Shown here: positions 46,122 to 54,594 of the stretch, one piece after another
Position numbering within the stretch: the first letter of the stretch is position 1
Layout: every line of letters starts with the position of its first letter
Origin: Fibrobacterota bacterium
GTDB lineage: Bacteria; Fibrobacterota; Fibrobacteria; UBA11236
Reading direction: 5' to 3'
DNA: 64,000 nt
NCBI GenBank assembly: GCA_023249635.1
Contig: JAHFCH010000003.1
Location: forward strand, 36,617-100,616
Notes under the pieces: model-generated
What the model saw: the letters and a program-made list of their open reading frames with translations, nothing else
Told to the model about the DNA's origin: nothing
The model's database searches: none
Made by a program: the position numbers and the translations under genes

Positions 46122-46588
46122 GGTCCATTCCAGAAGAGAAGTTGCCAGATCGCGAACACGATGGTGAGCCCCAGCTGCACCGCCAAGAAGCGGCCGAACA
46201 GGGACCGGCCCGTAGCATCGGCGGCGAAGGAGATGCCGGGCCATAGATCAGCGAAGGCCCATGCCCCCACCAAACCCAGTAATACGGGATGCAGCAGGAA
46301 CAGGCAGGCATGCAGCCAACATTCCGCGCCGGAGCAATCGCGGGCGTGCACCCATTCGTCCTTGGTGACGAACGCGCTGGAACCCAACGCGGCGGCGGCA
46401 TACATCATCGCGCCGGAAGCAGTCACGGGCAGGCGCACCGCCAAGCCATAGCACAACAATACGCTCAAGGTATCCAGGGGATGGCCCCAGCGCTCCCATG
46501 CGCCCAGGCCCCGGCGCACGTGCATGGTCTCGTCGGCCAGCATCAGACCAGCGTGCAGGACGAAGGGAATAAGCGCCAACCGCCACAT
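46088..46588 (-). CDS. small integral membrane protein, unknown function (part of the type III PKS operon)
   Basis: C-terminal 166 aa of track ORF 46088..46735, starting MWRLALIPFVLHAGLMLA. ~4 predicted TM helices. Start 3 nt downstream of the PKS stop. Confidence 0.45.
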   Translation of the reverse strand: MWRLALIPFVLHAGLMLADETMHVRRGLGAWERWGHPLDTLSVLLCYGLAVRLPVTASGAMMYAAAALGSSAFVTKDEWVHARDCSGAECWLHACLFLLHPVLLGLVGAWAFADLWPGISFAADATGRSLFGRFLAVQLGLTIVFAIWQLLFWNGPWKPSLRIARH

Positions 46589-46590
46589 GT

Positions 46591-47913
46591 TCAGGCCTTT
46601 CGGAGCATGGTGCCGTAAATGGTCAGTCCCGGCCCAAAGGCCAGGCTGGTGATCAGGGTTCCGGGCTTGACCGAAGCATCGGCCAGCATCCCCGCCCATA
46701 CGTGCGGCAAGGTGGCGGATGACATGTTGCCGCAAGCTTTGAGCACCGCACGGCTGGCGGCCACCTGCGCGGGTTTCAGTTCCAGCATCCCCGCAACCCT
46801 ATCGATGATACGCGGGCCGCCGGGATGGATGGCGAACAACCCGCGCCCCAGGGCTTCCGCGGGATTGGTACCCGTACGTTCGTACAAGCGCTCGATAAAT
46901 TCACCCAAGGCGCCGGCGATCATGTCGGGCACTTCCCGCGCCAACAGGATGCGCATGCCATGATCCCCCAACTGCCAACCGATGGCATCCAGGGTATCGG
47001 GCACGATTTCCTCATGCACCCCGAGGAAGCGCAGACCGGGAGCATCGTCCTCGTTGCGGATGCTATAGCGGATGTGCCCGTCGGCGAAAAGGCTTTGCAC
47101 TACCAGCTGTTCGGGCATGTGTTGGGAGGGGTTCAGATGCAGGGAACAGAACTCGGTATGCACGATATCGACCCGGCCGCCCTTACGGGCTTGCGAGGCG
47201 ACTGCGGGACCGGCACCGCCATCGCGGCGCGCCCAGCCGGGCCCGGCGGAATTACCGGCAGGGGAAACCCTTGGAGATGCCAGGAAGGCGGTAGCCATGC
47301 GCAAGGCGGGCATGGAGGCGTAGCAACCCATGTGGTAGGCGTGGACCACTCCAGTGCGCCCGCGCCAACCCTTTGCGGCCACCAGCTTTTGGGCCGCGCT
47401 GGGCGCGACATAACCCGTGCAGGAAACGTGGATCAACTCATCCGGCGGCTCCTGGTCCTGGGACTCCCAGGAAATGGGGGCACCGTCGGCATCCTGGGCG
47501 CGCCCCGGCCTCGCCTCGGCGGCGACCGCGGCGGCGGCGCTGCCGTTCTCCGCACCGGGATAGAAGGCCGCGAAAGCCCGATCGGCCACCTCCTGAAAGG
47601 CTTGCATGCGCACCCCCATGCCGGCCCCGTTGGCATCCCTCCCCACGTCGAAAATCCGCATGCGTTCCCAATCCTGATGGATGAAATCATCCATGTCGAA
47701 ACCCCGATAGGCCAGGTTCTCGGGATTGCACCCGTAACGGGAAACCAGGCGTTCCATCCGCCCCCGAAAAACGGCCTCATCAAATTCCGGACCGCTAATG
47801 CCCGCCTCGGCATGGGCATGGGCCGAGGCCAGCCAACGCACCGCCGCGTCGTGCGCGCCCAAGTGCTTGGGCCTCAATATGCGGAAGTCCCCAATCAGGC
47901 AATCAACAGACAT
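46591..47913 (-). CDS. type III polyketide synthase (chalcone/stilbene synthase superfamily)
   Basis: Active-site Cys context HMGCYASM, IHPGGPRIID (His region) and C-terminal LAFGPGLT (Asn/GFGPG loop) match type III PKS. Two low-complexity insertions (GAENGSAAAAVAAEARPGRAQDADGAP...; PRVSPAGNSAGPGWARRDGGAGPAVA). Confidence 0.8.
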   Translation of the reverse strand: MSVDCLIGDFRILRPKHLGAHDAAVRWLASAHAHAEAGISGPEFDEAVFRGRMERLVSRYGCNPENLAYRGFDMDDFIHQDWERMRIFDVGRDANGAGMGVRMQAFQEVADRAFAAFYPGAENGSAAAAVAAEARPGRAQDADGAPISWESQDQEPPDELIHVSCTGYVAPSAAQKLVAAKGWRGRTGVVHAYHMGCYASMPALRMATAFLASPRVSPAGNSAGPGWARRDGGAGPAVASQARKGGRVDIVHTEFCSLHLNPSQHMPEQLVVQSLFADGHIRYSIRNEDDAPGLRFLGVHEEIVPDTLDAIGWQLGDHGMRILLAREVPDMIAGALGEFIERLYERTGTNPAEALGRGLFAIHPGGPRIIDRVAGMLELKPAQVAASRAVLKACGNMSSATLPHVWAGMLADASVKPGTLITSLAFGPGLTIYGTMLRKA

Positions 47914-48016
47914 GGCGGTTCCTCCCGGGATTTTCGATCGGGGGGAAGATAAAGAAAAAGCCCGGCGGGACGCCAGGCTTTTATGGGAGAGAATGTCCGC
48001 GGTTGCGGGAGGCTAT

Positions 48017-48979
48017 TCAGCGCGAATAGAAGAACTTGCCCAGTACGCGGTTGCCCGATTGGACGAAGTACACGCCCGTCGGGGCATCAGCGCCCACGGC
48101 GGTCTTGCCGTTCCACTGGTACAGATAGCCCGTCTGGTGCAGACTGGCGACTTTATTGCCCATCATCCCGTAAAGGCTCAACGGCTCGCTACCCGAAACG
48201 TTCGCTCCTGCTTTGATGAGTACCATGCCACCGTTTTGGCTGGCCTGGAACCCGCTCTGGGATGCCTTGGCCGATTTGATGCCGGAAATGGGCGTGGGCA
48301 GCGAATCGTACATCAGTTTGACTAGCTGAACGGTGAAATCCACCTTCTGGGTATCGCTGTTTCCGTAATCCTTCCAGGTATCCAGCAGCACTTTCACAAG
48401 GGCCGCAGAATCGGGATGGCTGGTTAGCTCGGGGTAGAAATGCGTGAAGCTGCCTTTGGAAGCGCCGGTCGTGCTGTAAAGCGTGCGTTTCATGGTGGCA
48501 TTCCCATACCACATGACCAGCATCGGCTTGTCCTTGAACTTACCAATGGCATCGTACAAAGCAACGGTATCGCCGTTCACCTTGGATGCGAATCCGAACC
48601 AGTATTCGTTCCAGCCCGGCTTCTTGAACATGAATTCGCCATCATTGATCTTCAGGAAGTAATCGCTGGTGGGCGCAGAAGTAAAAGCTTTGGCCGCCTT
48701 CTTACGGGTCGCGAAGGTCACTTCCTTCTTTACCCAGGTATCGCAGGTGCCGCTGCCGTTCCAATCGGTAATCATCTTGTATTCGGTGGTATCGTGCAGC
48801 AAGGTCACAGCCCCCATGGGCTTGTCGACCTTGGTGCCGGCCGCCGCATGCATGGTACCCTGCGCGTTACCCGTGAGGATATACTGGGTGCCCTCCTGCA
48901 TGTGGTAGGACTGTTCGCAGACTTTGGCACCTGCCCAAGTCGCCACGCAAAGACCGGTTAGGACGATGATTTTGTTCAT
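48017..48979 (-). CDS. secreted protein of unknown function with T9SS C-terminal sorting domain
   Basis: Signal peptide MNKIIVLTGLCVATWAGA. C-terminus SLYGMMGNKVASLHQ...TGVYFVQSGNRVLGKFFYSR matches the Por/T9SS CTD. Lys-rich; codon usage looks more AT-rich than neighbours. Confidence 0.55.
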   Translation of the reverse strand: MNKIIVLTGLCVATWAGAKVCEQSYHMQEGTQYILTGNAQGTMHAAAGTKVDKPMGAVTLLHDTTEYKMITDWNGSGTCDTWVKKEVTFATRKKAAKAFTSAPTSDYFLKINDGEFMFKKPGWNEYWFGFASKVNGDTVALYDAIGKFKDKPMLVMWYGNATMKRTLYSTTGASKGSFTHFYPELTSHPDSAALVKVLLDTWKDYGNSDTQKVDFTVQLVKLMYDSLPTPISGIKSAKASQSGFQASQNGGMVLIKAGANVSGSEPLSLYGMMGNKVASLHQTGYLYQWNGKTAVGADAPTGVYFVQSGNRVLGKFFYSR

Positions 48980-49159
48980 ATTCGGTACCTTTTAATCTAG
49001 GCGAAAAAACCCAGGCCGCAATCCTATTATCATTAATTTGTAGTTTTTCTGCATGTTTTTGCTCTCTTTGATGCAAGGAGCATCGACTCCGGAAAAAGCG
49101 CGAAACCGTTGGGTTTCCCCTGAATTAGGGACTTTCCGGCGTCTGGCTGGAGCGCCGCG

Positions 49160-50374
49160 TTGAGCAAACCCCGCATCCTCTACATTTCCTCCACTTACAG
49201 CCGTGACGAAAACGACAACCAGAATCCCTGGATGATCGACACCATCCGGCAGCTGAGCCGGGCGGGCTACGCCATCGAAGTGTTGGCCCCGGCCTATAAA
49301 GGGCTGAAAAGCCATACGGTCGGCGGGGTAACCGTCCATCGCTTCCGCTATTTCTTCGCCGGGAGGGAGACCCTTACCCATGATCAAGGGGCCCCGAACA
49401 AGATCCGGGGCAGCCTACTGATCAAGCTCCTGTTCTTCCCCTACCTCTTCTTCGGGACCTTGGCCGCCATGCGCGTCGCGCGTCGGGGCCGCTACGATTT
49501 CATCCACTGCCATTGGCCCTTTCCCCACGGTCTCATGGGCTGGGCCGCCTGCCTGGCGGCGCCCAACCGTCCCCGTCTCATCCTGCATTTCCACGGCGCC
49601 TGCCTTTTGCTCGCGGCCAAGTTCAAGCCCATCGCGCCCTTGCTCCGCTTCTGCGTGCGCCGCGCCCACGGCATCGTCTCCAACTCGCGCTTTACCGCCG
49701 GGATGGTGGAAAAGCTGCTGCCCGCCCTGCCTGTAAAACAATGGATCATCGCGTTCGGATCGCCGCTCTCCGGGGATCCGCTTCCCCCTGCCCGCAATCC
49801 CGTCAAACTCATCCTGACTGTGGGTCGCGTGGTGGAACGCAAAGGCATCGCTTACCTGCTGCGCGCGCTGCCCGCGATTTCCGCGGTCATGGACGCCAAG
49901 GTGGCCATCGTGGGCAAGGGCGATCCCAAGGTGGAAGCCGACCTGCGCGCAGTAACCGAGGAGTTACGCCTGGGGGGCCGCGTCGTGTTCGCGGGCAAGG
50001 TGCCCGAGGCCGATCTCATCCGCTGGTACCAGGACTGCGACGTGTTCTGCCTGCCCGCCATCGTGGATTCCCAGGGCGAGACCGAAGGCCTGGGAGTGGT
50101 GCTTCTCGAAGCCCTCAATTACGCGCGACCGGTGGTGGCTTCCAACGTGGGAGGCATCCCGGACATCGTCCGCCATGGGGAGACGGGTCTGCTGTGCCCG
50201 GAGAAGGATCCGCAGGCCTTGGCCACCGCCATCCTGGAATTGCTGCGCGATCCGGAACGGGCAAACCGCCTGGGACGGCAGGGTCATGCCCTGGTGCGTA
50301 CGGAGTTCTCCTGGGAACATGTGGTGGGGCAATGGGAAGCCTTCTACGCCGAAGCTTCCGGTCCCCCTATTTAA
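49160..50374 (+). CDS. glycosyltransferase family 4 (GT-B, Glycos_transf_1)
   Basis: C-terminal GT4 motifs: FCLPAIVDSQGETEGLGVVLLEALNYARPVVASNVGGIPDIV (EX7E). Apparent TTG start (LSKPR...); no upstream in-frame ATG. Confidence 0.8.
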   Translation: MSKPRILYISSTYSRDENDNQNPWMIDTIRQLSRAGYAIEVLAPAYKGLKSHTVGGVTVHRFRYFFAGRETLTHDQGAPNKIRGSLLIKLLFFPYLFFGTLAAMRVARRGRYDFIHCHWPFPHGLMGWAACLAAPNRPRLILHFHGACLLLAAKFKPIAPLLRFCVRRAHGIVSNSRFTAGMVEKLLPALPVKQWIIAFGSPLSGDPLPPARNPVKLILTVGRVVERKGIAYLLRALPAISAVMDAKVAIVGKGDPKVEADLRAVTEELRLGGRVVFAGKVPEADLIRWYQDCDVFCLPAIVDSQGETEGLGVVLLEALNYARPVVASNVGGIPDIVRHGETGLLCPEKDPQALATAILELLRDPERANRLGRQGHALVRTEFSWEHVVGQWEAFYAEASGPPI

Positions 50375-50909
50375 GGGGATGCAGCCCGTAAGCCATCCGC
50401 ACTTCCCTGGCCTTGGCCCACACCGCCTTGTCCGCCTTGAGAAAGCGCGTGAGCGCCGAAGCCGTGCAGCCCAACGCCGCGGCGGCAGGGGCCGATTGGC
50501 CGCGCCGGCTTTCCAGCGCATACAAGGCCCTGAGGGCGAAACGCGGGAAATCGGCATGGGCGGGATTGGCGGCCGCCCGGAAGGCCGGGCCTTCGGCAAG
50601 CTTGGCGAGATCACCGATATCGGCGGACTCCCCGGTACCTTCCAGGTTACTCCCGGGTTCGATGGCCTCCAGGGCCAGGCTCAAGCGCAGGCGCGCCAAG
50701 GCTTCCCCGACATTGCGGGCCGAGGCCCGCGAATCCACGCATTCGCCCGTGAGGCCAGAGGCCGCATGGCTCAGGCGCACGCCGCTATAGACGCGATTGC
50801 GCTTCTGCCCCCCGGGTCCGGAGCCCTGGAAGCGCGATTGCCTGCATTGCTTGAGCAGGGCGTCGGGATCGAGGGCGAGCCAGGTCCAGGCTGCGGCGGG
50901 GGTGATCAT
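50367..50909 (-). CDS. RF-1 (GGQ) domain peptidyl-tRNA hydrolase family protein (ArfB/PrfH-like), atypical
   Basis: GSGPGGQKRNRVYSGVRLSH...GECVDSRASARNVGEALARLRLSL parallels the release-factor block SGAGGQHVNKTDSAVRLTH...QCQDERSQHKNK...L. 180 aa with no other RF domains. Confidence 0.6.
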   Translation of the reverse strand: MITPAAAWTWLALDPDALLKQCRQSRFQGSGPGGQKRNRVYSGVRLSHAASGLTGECVDSRASARNVGEALARLRLSLALEAIEPGSNLEGTGESADIGDLAKLAEGPAFRAAANPAHADFPRFALRALYALESRRGQSAPAAAALGCTASALTRFLKADKAVWAKAREVRMAYGLHPLK

Positions 50910-50946
50910 GGCGAAGCGAATATAGCAAGGAGCCGGGAACGCGCGC

Positions 50947-52698
50947 TCAGGTCGCGGCGGCGGAATGCGGGTCAGCGACCGTGGGAGGGCCGTCGATCAC
51001 GTCGCGTAATTTGCGGACCAAGGCGGCGGGGCTGAAAGGCTTGCCCAGGAAAGTGGCGCTCTTGTGGATCACCCCGTGACGGATGATGGCATCGTCAGTG
51101 CTTCCGGACATATATCACCTTCAGTCCCGGTTTCCGCGCCAACATCCGTTCGGAGAGTTCACGTCCGCTCATTCCCTTCATCACCACGTCGGTGAGTAGC
51201 AGATCGATAACACCGACGTGGCTTTCCACCGCGGCCATGGCCTCGGCGCCGGAGGCGGCTTCCACCACGTTATAGTCATGGGAAAGCAGGGCCTGCGCGA
51301 TCAGCCGTCGTACCATGTCCTCGTCCTCGACCAGAAGTACGGTTTCCCGCTTGGCCTCCGCGACATGGGCGGGACCGGCGACGGTTTCCGCGTCGCTTTC
51401 CTGTTCACTGGCTGTAGGAGCGGAAGCGGCGGGCAAGGACACCGTGAAGACGGTCCCCTCTCCCTGTCCGCTCGTAACTGATAAGTTACCCCCGGCGCCT
51501 TTCACGATGCCGTAAACGGTCGACAGGCCCAGGCCGGTCCCCTGCCCCGCCGGCTTGGTGGTGAAGAAGGGCTCGAACAGGTGCGACTTGATGTCTTCGT
51601 CCATGCCTATGCCCGTGTCCACGACCGTGAGCCTTACGTAGCGGCCGGGCCGCACCGGGAACAAAGCGCCCGCATGCCCCGGCCCCAAGCGTACATTGGC
51701 GGTACGGATGGTGAGGCTGCCCCCGGTGGGCATGGCGTCCCGGGCGTTGATGGCCAAGTCGAGGAAGCGGCTGGCCGGGACCTGGCGGCGGCTGAAGATG
51801 AGCAATTGCCGGGTCAGCGAAGCGGCCCGTTCGCCTGCGCGGCGATTCTCGTGCACGGTTTCCTGGATCGGATGCCCGTTGCCCAGGGATTTGGAAAGCA
51901 GTTCGGAATAGCCGTTGATGGCGGTGAGCAGGTTGTTGAAATCGTACGCCACCGCGCCGGCCAACCGCCCTACCGCTTCCATCTTCTGGGACTGGCGCAA
52001 TTGCAGCTCGCTTTGCTTCAGGGCGCCTTCGGCGCGCTTGCGATCGGTGGTATCCATCGCTAACCCGATCACGCCGCCTTAGGAAAGGTTGGGCGAGAGC
52101 CAGATCTCGCGAACGCGTTTGCGCGCGCCCATTCCGCTTTCGAATTCGCAATGCACGGTTTCGCCGCGCAGTACGCGCTCCAGGAAGATGGCCGTGTCGG
52201 GCCATTCCGCTTGCGCCTGGACCATGCGGCCCTCCGAGCCGCGCGATTCCAGGATGCGGCCCTGCTTGTCCATGCGGCACCCGACCACGGGCAGGTTCTC
52301 TAAGAGCAGCTCGAGCATATGCCCCTTGGCATCAAGATCAGATCCCGCTGATCCCGCCGCCCCAGCTGCGCCCGGTTCCGGGGTCGCGGATCCGGCCCCG
52401 GGGCAACCAGGTCAAGGCGATGGGCATCCGGCTCGCGTCGTCCGGTGCGGAACTCCACCTTGATTCCCATCCCACCTTCGTCGACCAACGCCTGGGCGAA
52501 GCAAGCCCGCACGCCATTGCGATAATCGGGGTGCAGGCGATCGAGGAAGAGTCCGGGAGCGGGTACCGCCAGGCCCATCAGGCGCAGGGCCGCGGGATTC
52601 GAATACAGGGTGAACCCCTCGGCATCGAGGAGCGCTATGCCATCGGCACTACGCTCCAGCAATTCCTCCGGGGACGGAAAAGCGCGTCCGGAATGCAT
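50947..52698 (-). pseudogene. disrupted hybrid sensor kinase (PAS-PAS-HisKA-HATPase_c-REC)
   Basis: PAS1 in track ORF 52300..52698. Probable frameshift in a C/G run (~52350..52412) into the PAS2 frame (MLELLLENLPVVGCRMDKQGRILE). In-frame TAA at 52079..52081 between ...REIWLSPNLS and [17 protein letters not shown] (PAS to HisKA linker). HisKA/HATPase intact in ORF 51095..52072. The receiver domain shifts frame within an ATATAT tract (51110..51115), so ...LKVIYVRKH* stops while the +1 frame continues MSGSTDDAIIRHGVIHKSATFLGKPFSPAAL..., the canonical receiver C-terminus, to a TGA at 50947. Confidence 0.55.
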
Positions 52699-52762
52699 CG
52701 CCCGGGAATAAAGCTATAGGGGCAAACCCGGGCAAGGAATAGACCTTGCCTGGCGTGTGGGG

Positions 52763-53980
52763 CTATTTGCCCAATTCGCGCACATACGCCATCAAAGGGG
52801 CGAATTCCTCGTCTTTGATGATGCCCTGGAAAGACGGCATCTTGGTCATAGGCTTGAAGGAGGAAGGATTCTTGATCCAGGCCTGCAGGGAGGAATCGGC
52901 GGGGAAATCCCGTTTGGCCAAGGTCAGATCGCCTATCCCCACTCCGGTCTCTGTATGGCAGGCCACGCATCCGTATTTATGGTAGATGGCCTTTCCGTCG
53001 CTCAAGGCCGCGCCGGTCAGGTCCGGGAAATTGCGATCAAGCGGATGCCCGAGAGCCGGTACCGTGCGTAGGTAGGCGTAGATGGCCCGCAACTCGGACT
53101 CGGTAAGCTCGGAGTATTTGACCATGGGATAGCGCAGAATGCGGCCGTCCGGGCGCATACCTCCGTGCAGCGCCTTCACGAAATCGTCCTCGCTCCATTT
53201 ACCGATGCCCGTCTCCGCATCCGGCGTCAGGTTGGCCGTAACGATCATGTTACCCCCGAGGTCCGGCATCAGGTTTCCGCCGCCCATGAACAGGTACGAC
53301 TTCTCGGGTTCGAACTGTTTCATTTTCTTGAAGTCGCCCGAATGGCAGGGCCAGCAATCGAAAGCCTCGACGGCCAGGTATCGGCCCCACTTCACCTTAT
53401 CGGTGGTGTCCGGGGCGGGAATGGGATGATCGGGATAGGGATAGGGTTTGAAGGCCACATGGGACAGGAACTTGGCCAGGAAGGTGGGTTCGGACTCCTT
53501 GTCCGGGGTGGGATCCGCCAAGACCAGGGAATCGTCCGAGCGCAGGAACGCGATGATGGAAAGGATGTCTTCGTCCTGGATGCCGTGCAACTTGATCATC
53601 CACGGCGGGGTATACTTGCCGTCGCGGCGGATGCCGGTGCGCAACATGTAGGCGATTTCGCCGTCGGACCATCCGCCTATGCCCACGTTCTTGTCGTGGG
53701 TCAGGTTTTTGGAATAGGCCACGCCGAATTCCGGCGGCAGATCGGGCAGGCGATGGCCGGTAAGGCGTCCGGTCTTGGTGTCGAGATGGCACTGGCTGCA
53801 CAACAAGTTCGCGATGAGTTTACCGCGTTCCACGCGTTGGGGAGTGATCTCGACCTTGAGATCAGGCGGCTTGGTGGGGTAATGGGGGATGCCGTCGATG
53901 GCGACGAAGGCCGCGAAGCCGCCCGCCGCCAGCAGGATGAGGAGGATCAAACCGCCGAGGATTTTGAAGAACAGCTTCAT
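52763..53980 (-). CDS. membrane-anchored tri-heme c-type cytochrome
   Basis: N-terminal TM anchor MKLFFKILGGLILLILLAAGGFAAFVAI. Three CxxCH heme motifs: CSQCH, CWPCH, CVACH. Confidence 0.75.
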   Translation of the reverse strand: MKLFFKILGGLILLILLAAGGFAAFVAIDGIPHYPTKPPDLKVEITPQRVERGKLIANLLCSQCHLDTKTGRLTGHRLPDLPPEFGVAYSKNLTHDKNVGIGGWSDGEIAYMLRTGIRRDGKYTPPWMIKLHGIQDEDILSIIAFLRSDDSLVLADPTPDKESEPTFLAKFLSHVAFKPYPYPDHPIPAPDTTDKVKWGRYLAVEAFDCWPCHSGDFKKMKQFEPEKSYLFMGGGNLMPDLGGNMIVTANLTPDAETGIGKWSEDDFVKALHGGMRPDGRILRYPMVKYSELTESELRAIYAYLRTVPALGHPLDRNFPDLTGAALSDGKAIYHKYGCVACHTETGVGIGDLTLAKRDFPADSSLQAWIKNPSSFKPMTKMPSFQGIIKDEEFAPLMAYVRELGK

Positions 53981-54057
53981 GCGTCGCGCTCCTTGGGAAG
54001 GGGAACCGGCCCTCGCTGAAGGACCGGTTGCGCCCGATGTCGCCGAAAGTCTAGAAA

Positions 54058-54483
54058 TTATGCGTGCGCGGGCGCAGGGATGGCGCCGATCTGTTGCATC
54101 AGACCCATGAAGTCGGCGTTCACATTGATGGAAACGAGCTTGCCGTCACGATAGGTATCGATGCTGGCGAACTTCATTTCCACGCTCTTGCCGCTGGCAG
54201 GCACTCCCATGAATTCGCCCTTATGGGTACCCCGGAAGGTACCCACCCGGACCACCTTGTCGCCTTCGGCGATCAGGTCTTCCAGATCATGGCGGAACTT
54301 GGGGAAAGCCGCGGCGAACATGGTACAGAAGCCCTTGAACGCCTCCAGGTCCATGGCAGGCTGATTGCCCGCGACCATGTGGAAATCCGGAGCGGCATGT
54401 TCTTCAATCAGGGCGAAGGTGCCTTCGTCAATCTGGGCCAGGCCGCGGCGGGAAAGGGATTTGTTGATTTCTTGCTGGGTCAT
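54058..54483 (-). CDS. SnoaL-like/ester cyclase (NTF2-like fold) family protein
   Basis: 141 aa. Pattern FHMVAGNQPAMDLEAFKGFCTMFAAAFPKFRHDLEDLIAEGDKVVRVGTFRGTHKGEFMG...GKSV is typical of the predicted ester cyclase family. Confidence 0.65.
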   Translation of the reverse strand: MTQQEINKSLSRRGLAQIDEGTFALIEEHAAPDFHMVAGNQPAMDLEAFKGFCTMFAAAFPKFRHDLEDLIAEGDKVVRVGTFRGTHKGEFMGVPASGKSVEMKFASIDTYRDGKLVSINVNADFMGLMQQIGAIPAPAHA

Positions 54484-54594
54484 CGGGGTGTCCTCCTGGG
54501 CCCGGGCATCGGGCCTATGGAAGAAAGATATCGCCCGCGGCAGGGAGCCTCATCGGGCGATCGCCCTATTTTGCGGTAGCGTCCGGGGGGGCGG

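Noticed and set aside
52300-52698. PAS1 as an independent 132-aa PAS-only gene overlapping the next gene by 19 nt
   Set aside because: Not fully rejected. The 46-aa Arg-rich tail looks out-of-frame, and the adjacent frame encodes a typical Gly/Ala/Ser linker into PAS2, so a frameshifted single gene is favoured. The stand-alone reading remains possible.
52700-52760. Hairpin GGCAAGG-AATAGAC-CTTGCC downstream of the cytochrome c gene as an intrinsic terminator
   Set aside because: No U-tract follows on the transcribed strand; a 7-bp stem alone is weak evidence.
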